Below are positions 1 to 11,446 of a stretch of 18,983 nucleotides of DNA, in pieces; positions within the stretch are counted from its first letter, which is position 1, and every line of letters begins with the position of its first letter. This DNA comes from Octopus sinensis (taxonomy: Eukaryota). Both the position numbers and the translations under genes were made by a program. The stretch covers positions 1 through 18,983 of the forward strand of contig NW_021824382.1 of the NCBI RefSeq assembly GCF_006345805.1, written 5' to 3'. Below the pieces are notes generated by a model. That model did not search any database and was not told the DNA's origin. It worked only from the letters and a program-made list of their open reading frames with translations.

Positions 1-72
1 CGTCGCAGAGTTACTCCTTTACAGCTGAGTGAACTGGAATAAAGTGAAATGAAATGTTTTGCGCAGGAACAT
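1..72 (-). mobile_element. SINE family A fragment (CORE-like central part), cut by window edge
   Basis: Reverse complement (gttcctgcgcaaaacatttcatttcac...cactcagctg) aligns with ~161-232 of the + strand SINE next to it; the tRNA head is missing. Confidence 0.8.
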
Positions 73-74
73 CC

Positions 75-345
75 GTGGAGGTACGTGGCTTAGTGGTTAG
101 GAGTGTTGGACTCATGATCGTAAGATTGTAGTTTCAATTCCTGGACGGGCGATGCATTGTGTTCTTGAGCAAAACACTTCATTTGGCGTTGCCTCGGTCC
201 ACTCAGCAGGCACAAATGAATAATCCTGCAACAGACTGGTGTCCGGTCCGGGTGGGGTGTTTATATAAGTCATGGAAACCGAGAAATAAGTCCTTACGAG
301 TCGGTATGATTCGAAGAGGTAACCTTTAGTTTGTATTTGTATTTG
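75..345 (+). mobile_element. tRNA(Arg)-derived SINE, family A (tRNA head + CORE-like domain + tail 1)
   Basis: A box TGGCTTAGTGG 86-96 and B-box-like GTTTCAATTCC 131-141. The head resembles tRNA-Arg (gactcatgatcgtaagattg). The CORE-like stretch tgtgttcttgagcaaaacacttc follows, then a 3' stem-loop gagtc-ggtat-gattc and a simple-repeat tail. Homologous to 1434-1684 and 1691-1914. Confidence 0.88.
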
Positions 346-867
346 TTTTACAAGATTCTTGATGTGAATTCGTGTTTTGAAAGAAATATTATTGAATCCT
401 GGGAGAGGCATTATGCCGGTCATATTAAGAACACGCACTGGTTCGTTCGGTCCTTCAAAAGTCAGTATTTAAAAACACACACACACACACACGGATGCAC
501 ACACTTAGGTATAAACACACACAAATACAGACATACACACACTCACATAGTCATCTCGGACAGATCTTGGAAAAAATCCCTACGGTGGAACATAAGTTCA
601 AAAAGAAATGGAAATAGAAAGACGTGTCACTGAAAAGATTGGAATGCGATGAAATAATTATTTAGCAAAAAAAATAACAACACAAACAATAATGAACAAT
701 AATAATAAAGGACCGAACCAGTGCGTGTGTTTATTATTACCGGCATAATGCCCCTCCCAAGGCTCAATAGGTAACCTTTACTTTACTGTTAGCGTCCCGC
801 CCGGTCCGAGATCCTAACCACAAGCACTTACGTCGTCACATCTTATTAGTACGCATGCATTTAAGCT

Positions 868-1323
868 ATATCCAGAAGCTGGCTACCCGCATGATTCTTG
901 GTCTCAAGCATTTGTCTTATGAAGAAAGGCTGAAGACGCTCGACCTTTACTCTCTAGAAAAACGACGACGCCGTGGTGATCTCATTCTTGCTCACAACAT
1001 CATAAGCGGAAAGTGTAAACTCTCGAAAGAGCTGTTCTTCACTCCTGCTCCAGAGCGTCGTTGCGGGGTCACTCCGAAAAGCTCTATCTACGACAATTTC
1101 ATCTCAATCGAAGGAGAGAGGCTTTCTCCGTCCGGGTTGCAGATCCGTGGAATAAACTGCCGGACGAGATAGTGAAGATACCGACGACCGCTCGGTTCAA
1201 AGTCTCTCTTGACCAGAAATGGCCTGAATTCTTTGCATGAACACCCCCCCTGTACATAACTCCATGTCCCCCTACATGGCCTTGCTTTTTGCTTTTTGAG
1301 CCAAAAAATTAACTTAACTTAAC
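868..1323 (+). mobile_element. 5'-truncated CR1-clade LINE: ORF2 C-terminus (frameshifted) plus 3' UTR
   Basis: IQKLATRMILGLKHLSYEERLKTLDLYSLEKRRRRGDLI is followed by a 1-nt frameshift near 1060 into LRGHSEKLYLRQFHLNRRREAFSVRVADPWNKLPDEIVKIPTTARFKVSLDQKWPEFFA* (1061-1240). These are typical CR1 post-RT motifs. 3' UTR hairpin ccatgt/acatgg at 1262-1279 and (TTAAC)3 tail to 1323. Confidence 0.9.
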
Positions 1324-1433
1324 ATATCGGTTCTTCCTTGTATCTTAATTACAACAGTAAGTACTGTCTTGATTCCCAACACCCGCAGTGTTGGTTACCA
1401 GGTTTCCATGCATCTAAGTAAAATATAGATAAT

Positions 1434-1684
1434 GTAAAGTTACCTTCTCGAGTAGTACCGACACATAAGGGCCGGTTTCTCGGTTTCGTGACGTATATAA
1501 ATTCCCCATCTGACGGGACGCCAGTCCGTCGCAGGTGGTCTCAGTTTTGCCAGATGAGTAGACTCCAGCAACGTGAAATGGAGTGTTTTGCTCAAGAACA
1601 ACGCATGGCCCGGTCTAGGAATCGAAACCGCAATCTTACGATCATGAGTCTGACACTCCTAACTACTAAGCCATGAGCCTTCAC
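1434..1684 (-). mobile_element. SINE family A, full length
   Basis: Reverse complement is colinear with 75-330: A box, B box, CORE-like part and ggtaactttac tail. Confidence 0.9.
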
Positions 1685-1690
1685 TAAAAA

Positions 1691-1914
1691 GGCTCATAGG
1701 GCTGGTTTCCAGGTTTCCATTGTGTATATTCCCCACATGGACGGGACTCCGGTCTGTCGTAGGATTACTCATTTTTGCCAGCTTATTGGATTGGACAAAT
1801 GTGAAATGAAGTGTTTTGCTCAAGAACACAACACATCGCCCGGTCCAGGAATCGAAACCACAATATTGCGATCATCAGTTCAACACCGCAAAACACTAAA
1901 CCGCTCGTCTCCCA
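1691..1914 (-). mobile_element. SINE family A, slightly 3'-truncated, tandem with previous copy
   Basis: Colinear with 1462-1684 (gtgttttgctcaagaaca...cggtccaggaatcgaaacc). Confidence 0.88.
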
Positions 1915-1946
1915 TATGCATCGAAGTGACCGAGAACAAAAGATTT

Positions 1947-2382
1947 GGATCTTCTCGGTTTGAACGGCAGTTTTTTAAAATAATTTCCACGTAACTAAAC
2001 ACTTTTAAACTTCGTATACTGGTAGAATGTGTTTATAAAACATTTTTTTCTTTAGGCTTTATAGAGAAAATTCTATAGTTTGTAAGATATTTGTTGTTTT
2101 TTTTCTTTAATTTCTGCAATTTCAACCAATCAATGACGTCTATTAAGGTGAAAACATTTTGTGCCTTATGAATTTATCCCTCGTTTAAGAAACAGATTGG
2201 ATTTATTTACATTTCTGAAGAAAAAAGATACCCTTCCCCTACCCCTAACACTAACCCTAACCCTAACTAACCCTAACCCTAAAACATTGAAATGCAATAG
2301 ATCGATACTAGGGTCATAATTATGGGTGACAATTTCATATGACACCGCTGGAAAAAAACTGCCGTTCAAACCGAAAAGATCG
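1947..2382. mobile_element. MITE (non-autonomous DNA transposon) with 30-bp TIRs and 8-bp TSD
   Basis: TIR GGATCTTCTCGGTTTGAACGGCAGTTTTTT (1947-1976) matches the reverse complement of 2353-2382 at 28/30. AAAGATTT is duplicated at 1939-1946 and 2383-2390. Confidence 0.92.
2231..2283. repeat. Degenerate (CCCTAA)n telomere-like repeat inside the MITE
   Basis: cccctaacactaaccctaaccctaactaaccctaaccctaa. Confidence 0.85.
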
Positions 2383-2390
2383 AAAGATTT

Positions 2391-2577
2391 CCCCTGAGGA
2401 ACACCATTCCTTTCTAAGATTACTCGCTCCTTAACGGCTTAGTGGAATGGAAAAACGTGAAAGAAGTGTTTTGCGCTCGAACACAACGCAGCCCGAAGTC
2501 TGTTCCTACAACGAAAATTACGACCTCGCGATCGTGAGTAAGTACAACACCCTACACAGAAGGCCATGCGCCTTTAC
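2391..2577 (-). mobile_element. Old, diverged SINE family A copy
   Basis: aacgtgaaagaagtgttttgcgctcgaacacaacgca ... gcgatcgtgagt ... aggccatgcgcctttac follows the order of the 1434-1684 copy. Confidence 0.7.
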
Positions 2578-2969
2578 ATCTTATTATTAACATACATACA
2601 TTTAATCTATATATTCTTCCCCTCTCTATCTTTATTACAGTTATATTTTATTGCTTTATCATTTGATCAGGGAATTTATCTTTGCAAATACATTTCAAAT
2701 CCAGAGTTAAAGTGATAATATATGTCCTTAAAAACAAGATTTTATCGCTAACGAACTCTTAGCGATAATCAAATACTTCGACCCAATTCATAGCCACATA
2801 TTACAATAACTTTGGTCTGTAATCCATCTTCTGAACATTATTTGAATTTATATTATTTGTATTATTTCCTTTCGTGTTTTAGTTTTGTGATTCCGTGTTA
2901 TTTTATAATCATCTGATAAACATTTTTATTACGTATTTTCAGTATACGAAATATAAAATGTGTGCTGAT

Positions 2970-3306
2970 TGTATGTATGTATGTATGTAGGTATGTATGT
3001 ATGTATGTATGTATGTATGTATGTATGTATGTATGTATGTATGTATGAATGCGTGTATGTATGTGTGTATGTATGTATGTATGTATATATGCGTGTATGT
3101 ATGTGTGTATGTATGTAAATATGAGTGTATTATGTATGTGTATGCATGTATGTATGTATGCAAGAATGTATGTATGTATGTATGCATGTATGTATGCATA
3201 TATGCATGTATGTAAGTAAGTATGTATGTAAGTATGTATGTATGTGTGTGCATGTATGTTATGTGTGTATGCTTATATATTATACAAATACATGTATATA
3301 TCAATA

Positions 3307-3368
<62 letters not shown>

Positions 3369-3543
3369 CATAAAAATCTGAATATGCATCTATATATAAA
3401 CACACACACGCATACACACACATGTATGTGTATGTACACGCACGTATAACCATATATGTATATATGTGGTTGTGTGTGTATATACATATATACATACACA
3501 CATACACACATATATATATGAATATATGCACACATATATATAA

Positions 3544-3596
<53 letters not shown>

Positions 3597-3644
3597 ATAT
3601 ATATATAATATATAGATAAACATATATATATGTATATATTATAG

Positions 3645-3681
<37 letters not shown>

Positions 3682-3706
3682 TATATATATATATAGATAG
3701 ATAAAC

Positions 3707-3755
<49 letters not shown>
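2970..3755. repeat. Compound microsatellite (TATG)n, (TA)n, (CA)n
   Basis: Directly visible tandem repeats. Confidence 0.97.
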
Positions 3756-4847
3756 CCTAACTACATCTGTGTGTACGTGTGTATGTGATTAACCTTAGAC
3801 TTCATGAATTTCTATGAAATTTAATATAAGAATAACACAAGCTATATTAAGTCAACATAAAACTATATAATTTTATGGCCGTTTGTTTTTAGAATAATTG
3901 TCATTCGCTATCTTGAATCTTGATCTTATTTTATCATTCTCCTATATCGAACTGCTAGTTATCTTTTTGACGTAAACGTTCATAACACGACACATAAGCG
4001 CACAAGCAAGTATGCGACACGGCATATGTGTGCACGTGTTTGTGTGTGTGTGTGTATACATACATATTGATATATGCAAATATCTACGCATGCATCTATG
4101 TATCTATTATTGTATGCCTGTATTATATATATTATATGTATACATGTGTTATTCTATGTATATATGCATACGTATATATGGCTAGATGGATGCGTATTTG
4201 CCCGTTTGTATGTACGTATCCAGCACGGCCTTCTCTCAACCCCCTGGCATCGAAGTACGAGACATTCTAATAAAGAATTCTGGAGGCATCTTTTTCTGTC
4301 TAGACAGCTTCCAGTCTGAAAATATGGTCTTCATTGTTGATAATGTCCTGTACTATCGATTTATCTTCTGCTTCTAAATAAGATGGTCTGTACTGTGAGA
4401 TTTAGAACCTTCCAAAACAGTGTAGCAACTTCGTCTCCAGATCCCAGCCGACCAAGTAATGCGTGCATCTCGTAGTTGCTGAGATTAGAAGTGAACGCTT
4501 GCGCTTCGGAAGTTCTGGTCTAGTTGATTGTTTCTACACCTTGTGACATGTGTCCGTTGAGAAAATGACCTTTCATCCAGCGTGCAACTGTATTTTTTTG
4601 TAGCACCCGCTTCAAAACTGGAAGTAACATTTACAGTAACAACAACAATAGCACCGTGAACGAAAATAACAACAACAAAAATAATAAATCGAACGCCGCC
4701 GGTGTCTGCTCATCGTCAACAACATCAGAAAATGTAACTCCCTAAACATCAAAGTGAAAACTATAATGATCTCCAAGACGCGCCCCTCTCCGCTTGGAAC
4801 AACTCTGGCAGATAGTATATGCGAAGGAGGCGGTGAGAAGATTGAAG

Positions 4848-5149
4848 TTTGTTCCTTCTCGAGCCATGCCCGGGTCATAAGGGCCGGTTTCCTGGTTTCT
4901 TTGGCATATAGGTTCCCAACCAGGACGGTACGCCGGTCCATCGCAGGTGAGTGAAAGATGTAGAGGAAAGAGTGAGAGAAAGTTGTGGCGAAAGAGTCAG
5001 CACAAGTTCGCCATTATCTTCTGCCGGAGCCGCGTGGAGCTTAGATGTTTACGCTCATAAATACACACAACGCCCGGTCTGAGATTCGAACCCGCGATCC
5101 CTCGACCGCGAGTCCGCTGCTCTAACCACTAGGCCATGGGCCTCCACAA
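4848..5149 (-). mobile_element. tRNA-derived SINE family B with 13-bp TSD
   Basis: On the - strand: A box TGGCCTAGTGG and B box GGTTCGAATCT. TSD GAGAAGATTGAAG at 4835-4847 and 5150-5162. The 3' part is shared with family A but the middle differs. Confidence 0.93.
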
Positions 5150-5598
5150 GAGAAGATTGAAGGGCAAATAATTACCAATACAAAGAAAAGAAAAATGAAA
5201 CAGCTATTCCAACTCAAAATAACTAGCAGATATGAACAAATGACGTCAGTGCCATTGAGCAACATTGCACCAATACAATTCCCAACAACAGCTACACCTG
5301 CACTGTCAACACTATCATTCCATCACCGCCACCACTATCACACACACCAGCATTACAAACACACCTTAATTCACGCACACAGTAACAAGCATATCGTAAA
5401 TCTCATCACCAACAAATAATATAATAACGACGCGATTATAAGTACAAGCAATAAAGAACTAATGAAACATAAATACCAAGAAACAATCGTCACTCAGAAC
5501 AGCAACTAACAACATTCCATCTCACATCTAAATATCCTAAATGTATAGGAGACTTCTGAAGGACTATCAATAAAAAAATTATACACAGAACTTCTATT

Positions 5599-5902
5599 TT
5601 GTTTGTTCGTTCTCGAGTCACGCCTGGCTCATAAGGGCCGGTTTAACGGTTTCTTGGCGTATAGGTTCCCCACCTGGACGGGACGCCAGTCCGTTGCAGG
5701 TGAGCTGCAATATGCAGGAGGAAAGAGTGAGAGAAAATTGTGGCGAAAGAGTCAGCAGAAGTTCGCCATTACCTTCTGCCGGAGCCTCGTGGAGCTTATG
5801 GGTTTCGCTCATAAACACACACATCGCCCGGTCTGAGATTCGAATCCGCGATCCCTCTACCGCGAGTCCGCTGCTCTAACCACTAGGCTATGTGCCTCCA
5901 CT
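5599..5902 (-). mobile_element. SINE family B, second copy, with 14-bp TSD
   Basis: Colinear with 4848-5149. TSD ACAGAACTTCTATT at 5585-5598 and 5903-5916; short (AAAC)n tail. Confidence 0.93.
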
Positions 5903-6611
5903 ACAGAACTTCTATTGGTAATAACTATAGGCAGTAGGATGAACGAAATACCTGTCATTCTACAGGAATAAAGGAAATGGTCTTTTTTCACCCACTTCTC
6001 TCTTGTTGATCATGACTGATCATGAAAAGGCTGAGTACATACACACTACATGGGATCAGCTTGAAAGTAAGGCTGCTTGCTCAACGATCTCAAGTCACTA
6101 GATATATATGTGGTGACTATCAATGAACCGAGAATTTTCTCTCTACGAGCCTTCCTGCTAATGTTAGTTCATGGATACGAATTCCTGCATGCTAGAGTAG
6201 CGAAGTAAGAAAGCGGGTATAGACGAAAGGGAGGAACTTGACAATAAATGGTAGTTCGCTCTGTAAAGGATGATTAGCGTAGAATCGGTCAAGATTAGTA
6301 AGGTTGTAAGCATTAGAGAAAAATAGAATAGAGGGATAGTTAGAAATTTAGAAGCAATGCTTAGGAAAGGCATCGTAACCGACGTGCTGTCGGTGAGATA
6401 GGCCCATGGCTAATTTTTCAACATGAATCACAAAGGTTGCATTGTCAGAGTTGCTGTCATGTTTGCAAGCTGGTTTTCATATAAAATGTTGACATCGACA
6501 ACAATTATATCATATTTTATATTTATATTTTTAATTGTTATATGTCCCCACATGTGTTGTAGTGCCCCCCCCCACCCTGTGTAATGCCTTTGTGGCAATT
6601 TAAAAGAAATA

Positions 6612-6685
6612 AAGAAACTTGCTTTCCAGCCACAGGGTTCCGAACTCAGTCCCACTGCGTGGCACCTCGGCAACAGACTTCTGCT
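6612..6685 (+). mobile_element. SINE family C, 5' fragment
   Basis: aagaaacttgctttccagccacagggttcc...cagtcccactgcgtggcacct matches the reverse complement of ~6765-6839. Confidence 0.75.
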
Positions 6686-6689
6686 CTCT

Positions 6690-6862
6690 ATATATATACG
6701 ACGGGCGTCTTTTGCTTTCTGTCTACCAAATCCACTTACGGGGCTTTGATCGGCTTTAGGTTATAGTAGAAGACACTTACCGAAGCTCCTACGCTGTAGG
6801 ATTTAACCCGGAACCATGTGGTTGGGAAGCAAGCTTCTTACCACACAGCTACGCCCACGCCT
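6690..6862 (-). mobile_element. SINE family C, 5' half
   Basis: The - strand reads ggcgtgggcgtagctgtgtggtaagaagcttgcttcccaaccacatggttccggg...gtggatttggtagacagaaa...cccgtcgtatata; homologous to 16350-16491. Confidence 0.85.
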
Positions 6863-6916
6863 ATACTCATATTTTGAAGTTTACTTCTGTTTGCCTCACC
6901 ATACCTTTATGCTTGT

Positions 6917-6943
6917 ATATATATTATATATATATATATATAT

Positions 6944-6978
<35 letters not shown>

Positions 6979-6989
6979 GTGGTGTGTGT

Positions 6990-7037
<48 letters not shown>

Positions 7038-7043
7038 TGCGTG

Positions 7044-7074
<31 letters not shown>
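6917..7074. repeat. (TA)n followed by (TG)n microsatellite
   Basis: Directly visible. Confidence 0.97.
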
Positions 7075-7180
7075 AATTATTTTTCTGACGACTTAATCAT
7101 CCAGCAAGCTCACTGCTTTGAAAATAGTCTTTGTTAATTTCCGTACACGATCAGTTATATTGATGGCAGTGGATAAGAAT

Positions 7181-7347
7181 ATTACATTGACCCCACTACT
7201 TGTCTGATGCAGTTGTTAATCAGCTCGAGAAGGATGAAAGGGAAAAGCCTGTCTCAGTGAGATTTGAACTCAAAGCTCAAAGAAACAGAACTAATACTGC
7301 AAGACAATTCGTCTCGATGCTCTATCGATTCCACCAATCGATCACTT
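7181..7347 (-). mobile_element. Diverged SINE family E with Nin/Deu-like central domain
   Basis: The - strand has gagttcaaatc (B-box-like) followed by cctttcatccttctcgag, resembling the Nin/Deu motif GCCTTTCATCCTTYCGRGGTCGATAA. Similar to 17512-17656. Confidence 0.65.
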
Positions 7348-7439
7348 TATAAAATTACTTCTTTATTTACTTCTTTTATTTACTTTTTCTTTTAGATAAT
7401 TTAAATAGTCTAGGAATTATTTTTTTCTCGACTATTTTA

Positions 7440-8185
7440 GAAACGAATTGGTATTTTTGTAGTTTGGAAAGAATGAAAAGAAATATTTTCCTAATTGAAA
7501 ATAATCAATATCTATTAAGAACCTTATAGCTTTTAAAATAGTACTTAATGTCGGTTTTATATTTTTATCAATCCAATTTGTTATCGTATTGTTTCTACCT
7601 GTTTTCGTTTAATATTTTATCCTTCATGAAATTAAAACTATAATTTCTTTTAAAATCTTCTTTAATTTATCATGAAGGATTTGGCTATGGATTTTGGTGT
7701 ACTGCAACCAAATTTATTTTATCCTTGGAGATTAACTTATCTAATATTTTAGTAACTACCTTGATATTTTTGATAATCCCTATATTCCACATTAGGGAAG
7801 CTGATTTTTAGCTGTTTCTTTTTTTTTTTTTTGTTAATACTTTGTATTCTTCTGTATTTTAAACTTTCCATTCCAATATATTTGTTATTAAATATTGCTA
7901 AAGGTTTGACGTTCACCATGTTGTAGTCGGTATTTACGAAACTTGTTTTAACTGGAATTTCATTCCTCTTTGGAATCCAGTAGATTTGGATTGCAAATAG
8001 AATTCTAAGAACTAAGAACTAAAAATTATTAAATAATATTGTTATCATTATTATCAAGTATTACCAAAAAATTATAAAGATTATTAAGTTAAATTAATTA
8101 TTAGAAGAATTAAAATAATATTTCTCAAATAGCTAAGACGTATTACGTTAATTACAGAAGAAGTTCGGGATAAATGCAATAGATT
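7440..8185 (-). pseudogene. Decayed Penelope-like element (PLE) reverse-transcriptase fragment
   Basis: The - strand translation, across stops and frameshifts, gives PLE RT motifs in the right order: SIAFI (~8170-8184); IYWIPKRNEIPVKTSFV..VKPLA (YWIPK 7968-7982); IIKNIKVVTKILDKL; SQILHDKLKKILKEII (~7639-7686); KAIRFLIDIDYFQLGK (~7487-7534). The GIPMG motif and the catalytic DD motif are not visible. Confidence 0.75.
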
Positions 8186-8197
8186 ATGGTAATGATA

Positions 8198-8326
8198 TTT
8201 TCCAATATTGGTAGAAGGCTCATAAATGTTGGCAGAGAAGGCGGGAGTGCAGTAGGGTCAAGTCTTTTAGAATCAATCTCAGTAATTAACTGCTATTTAT
8301 TTTATCAACTCATGAGTGATGAAAGA
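8198..8326 (-). mobile_element. SINE family E 3' fragment (very diverged)
   Basis: aatcaatctcagtaattaactgctatttattttatcaactcatgagtgatgaaag resembles 17544-17605 and 7181-7240. Confidence 0.5.
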
Positions 8327-8414
8327 TACTGCTGTAGTTTATTTGTTTTATCATATTACTAACGGGATGAAATAAAATTTTGCTGTTGTAGGTGTTGTTG
8401 AACGCTGGAATAGA

Positions 8415-8712
8415 ATGGTCGAATGGTGTAGAAGTTCAGTTCACAACTATGAAGTCCATGGTTCAATCTGACTGTATGACCTGTTAGATAAAAGTCATTT
8501 TCTGTTGCCTTGAGTCGACCCATACTTTATTTGCAAAATTTGGGGCTGATGAAAACTGCGTAAAATCCGTCGGGTGGATTACACCTTTCATGCCCAAGCC
8601 TCCATGAGAATTACGTTGAACGGTACACGTGACGGTAAAATGTTCAGTAACTTATACCTCAATTCAGGAGCAGACAACTGAATTGGTCGAATAACAGAAT
8701 CCTCTTCATCGA
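8415..8712 (+). mobile_element. Old SINE: family C-like 5' half joined to tail 2
   Basis: Decayed A/B boxes (tggtcgaatggt; ggttcaatct). gagtcgacc...aaatttgg..gatgaaaactg resembles family C. ctccatgagaattacgttgaacggtacacg resembles 17272-17300. Confidence 0.5.
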
Positions 8713-9736
8713 AAGTTACCCCTCTTCAGCCTCCTCGAAAAAGCTTTTCACTAAAAAAACAGATTGAATCGTAATCAAAACAGTCTAAAATGTAGTTTTA
8801 GAATATGTCATTGAAAATATCCATTTTTCAGAAAGTTACGAGGAAACAAATTGGGTGGGGTGGTTTTCTCTAGTTATGTCCAATCGATGTGAGTAAATTA
8901 AAACACTTTTCTTATTCAGCTTTCTTTAAAATCACCAACGAATATGAAAGGATAATGTAAACAGCATAATTTGGTTCATGCTGGATTAAACTTATAGTTT
9001 GGAGGAATGTTTTAAATTTAATGTTTGTAGAAAATAAAGTTAGAAATATCTGAACAACCAATATATTTCCACAAACATAAACAGAAACGTTAAAAAATAT
9101 AACGATATATCGGTGTGTGTTAGAATGTTGCAGTGAATAAAAATTAGTTCTGTAATTGAAACGCTTACCCGAAAGCTTCTGTAATAAAAGAAACATGAAA
9201 ATCTCATTTTGATGAAAATATATTGAAACTGGAATCTTTAAAATTTTTCTAGAAAATGTAGACTTATATAACTGCATTCTTTTAGCAAATGTCACACAGA
9301 CAGACACAAACACACATATATATATTTGTGTGCGTATATATACATATATACACACACGCACGCAAACACAAATGTTACGTTATGCGTTCGCATTATAGTT
9401 TGAACTGCTAAACATTCACACTTTCCAACGACACACAAAAAAACCCCGGTAAAAACTAGTTATAATTACCGAAACACCTTTCCCTGTGGATCTGAGGGAC
9501 GAGGAAAGAGCTAGAGTTAAGCAGTAACAAAAATCACAATCCCACAACGAATCAACGATGATCCTTCTTCATATTCTCAAGAGATATCTGATATGATTTA
9601 CCTAAAATAGCAAACACGCTCCTGTCTTTTAGAAAAAGTGAGGACGTAAAAGTTAGAAGTAGTTTTAAATATACTGTTTGAATAAAAGGCAAGATATTGT
9701 CAGTGCTAGAAAGCTGTATGAATGTATGTAAGAGAT

Positions 9737-9870
9737 TAAGAAACTCGCTTTGCAGTCCCGTGATTTTGAATTGAGTCCCCCTGTGTAGTAAGTAGTATCT
9801 ACTATACACCCGGCTTGAGCAATGCCTTGTGAGTGCATTTGGTACACAGTAACTATGTAGAAACCGTCCT
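9737..9870 (+). mobile_element. Diverged SINE family C 5' half
   Basis: tctactatacacccggc..caatgccttgtgagtgcatttggtacacagtaact matches the reverse complement of 6700-6770. Confidence 0.7.
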
Positions 9871-9878
9871 AATATATC

Positions 9879-9916
<38 letters not shown>

Positions 9917-9917
9917 G

Positions 9918-10100
9918 TGATAGATCGTTAGCTACTACACGCATTTTTTCTCTCCTGTTTTTTCTGTGATTCTTTCTGTCAAAGAGCGTAGGCTCGAAAC
10001 GTGAAAGGCTTTTTCTATTCCTGGGCGCTATACTAATACATTTGTTTGTTTGTACTCCGCCTGCCTTCGTTTTTTGTTTATTTTCGTAAACTTTCCCTTT
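9918..10100 (+). mobile_element. Family X copy 1: short (TA)n-flanked element with a minimal hammerhead-like motif
   Basis: Homologous to 10448-10625 and (inverted) 12216-12423. Motif tcttt-CTGTCAA-A-GAGC-gtag-GCTC-GAAA-C-GTG-aaagg at 9971-10008. Confidence 0.85.
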
Positions 10101-10413
10101 ATATATATATATATGCGTGGTTGTGTGCTATTATATTCGTATAGTTTTTATACGTATGTTTGCGGTTTGTATGTTTGTGTGTGTATCTATGTGTGAGAGA
10201 GTGCGCGCGGCGATGTTAGTATACGTACGCATGGGTGTGCCCGGTTATCGTTCTATATGTACGTGGGTATGCGTGTGTGCGTGTGTGTAACACACATGCG
10301 TGAGGTTTTGTAAATGACCAGAAAACAGAGATTGCACCTGTGCATGTGTGTATGTGTATGTACAGAAACATGCACATCGGAATGTAAAGGTGTTTATATG
10401 ACATTATTAACGC

Positions 10414-10447
<34 letters not shown>

Positions 10448-10451
<4 letters not shown>

Positions 10452-10621
10452 TTAACCACTACAGACATTTTTTCTCTCCTTGTTTTTTTCTGTTCCCCTT
10501 TCTGTAGAAGAGCGTCGGCTCGAAATGTAGAAGACTTTTTTCTATTCCTGAGCGTTTATACTAATACATCTGTTGTTTTGTACACCACCTGTCTTCGTCT
10601 TTTGTTTTTTCGTAAAACTCT

Positions 10622-10625
<4 letters not shown>
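10448..10625 (+). mobile_element. Family X copy 2
   Basis: Lies between two (TA)n tracts. Motif cttt-CTGTAGA-A-GAGC-gtcg-GCTC-GAAA-T-GTA-gaag at 10498-10533. Confidence 0.85.
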
Positions 10626-10679
<54 letters not shown>

Positions 10680-11212
10680 CATACCATATACATATATATA
10701 TGTGTATATATATACATATATATATGTGTGTAATACATACATGTATATATATATATGCACCAATGATGGTTACTGCTTGTGCGGGAGCGTGTTGCGCATG
10801 CGATGGCATATCTGCATACGTGTGCACCTGTGTGTATTTGATAATACCTGCGTGTGTGTATGCGTGTGCGCGTGTGTGTAAGTGTGTATGCTCGAATATG
10901 TGTACGCGTGCGCGTGTCTGTGAGAATGTATGTGTGAGTATGTGTGCGCGTACGTATCTCCGGCAAAACGTTGTATTTCCAATTATATCCTACGTGTAAG
11001 TATCCTCAACTGCAAGCCACCCTCTGCTCCCTTCCACCATCCTTTTTTCTTTCTTACGCTTCACCCTCTCCACTCCCTTTCTCTTTACTCTCCTAATTTA
11101 ATTATTATTTATTTTTGTTTTTGTAAATGCTTCTGAATTTCACTTATTTTAAATTAATATTCTTCTCTTCTCCCCATAAGTACGCACACATAAACACACA
11201 CACATGCAAACA

Positions 11213-11258
<46 letters not shown>

Positions 11259-11320
11259 ATATATATATATATAACACACACACACAAATACGCACATAAA
11301 CATGTATATTTATATATGCA

Positions 11321-11446
<126 letters not shown>

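Noticed and set aside
855-1172. 105-aa ORF as a host gene
   Set aside because: It is the frameshifted C-terminus of a truncated CR1 LINE ORF2.
2231-2283. True telomere or chromosome fusion scar
   Set aside because: The tract is short, degenerate and enclosed within a TIR/TSD-bounded MITE.
2742-2768. Perfect 10-bp hairpin TTATCGCTAA/TTAGCGATAA
   Set aside because: It is isolated, with no associated element or gene, and is plausible by chance in AT-rich DNA.
2939-3754. Long ORFs rich in YI/CV/HT repeats here and at ~6816-7137, 10314-12289, 12951-13661 and 17838-18838
   Set aside because: They are translations of stop-free microsatellites and show no protein-like composition.
5075-5147. tRNA gene (also at 77-146 and 5830-5901)
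   Set aside because: A and B boxes are present but there is no proper acceptor stem, and each continues into a SINE body (with TSDs for the family B copies).
7619-7680. Inverted repeat ATCCTTCATGA/TCATGAAGGAT
   Set aside because: It lies inside the decayed PLE coding region, with no TSD or other sign of a separate element.
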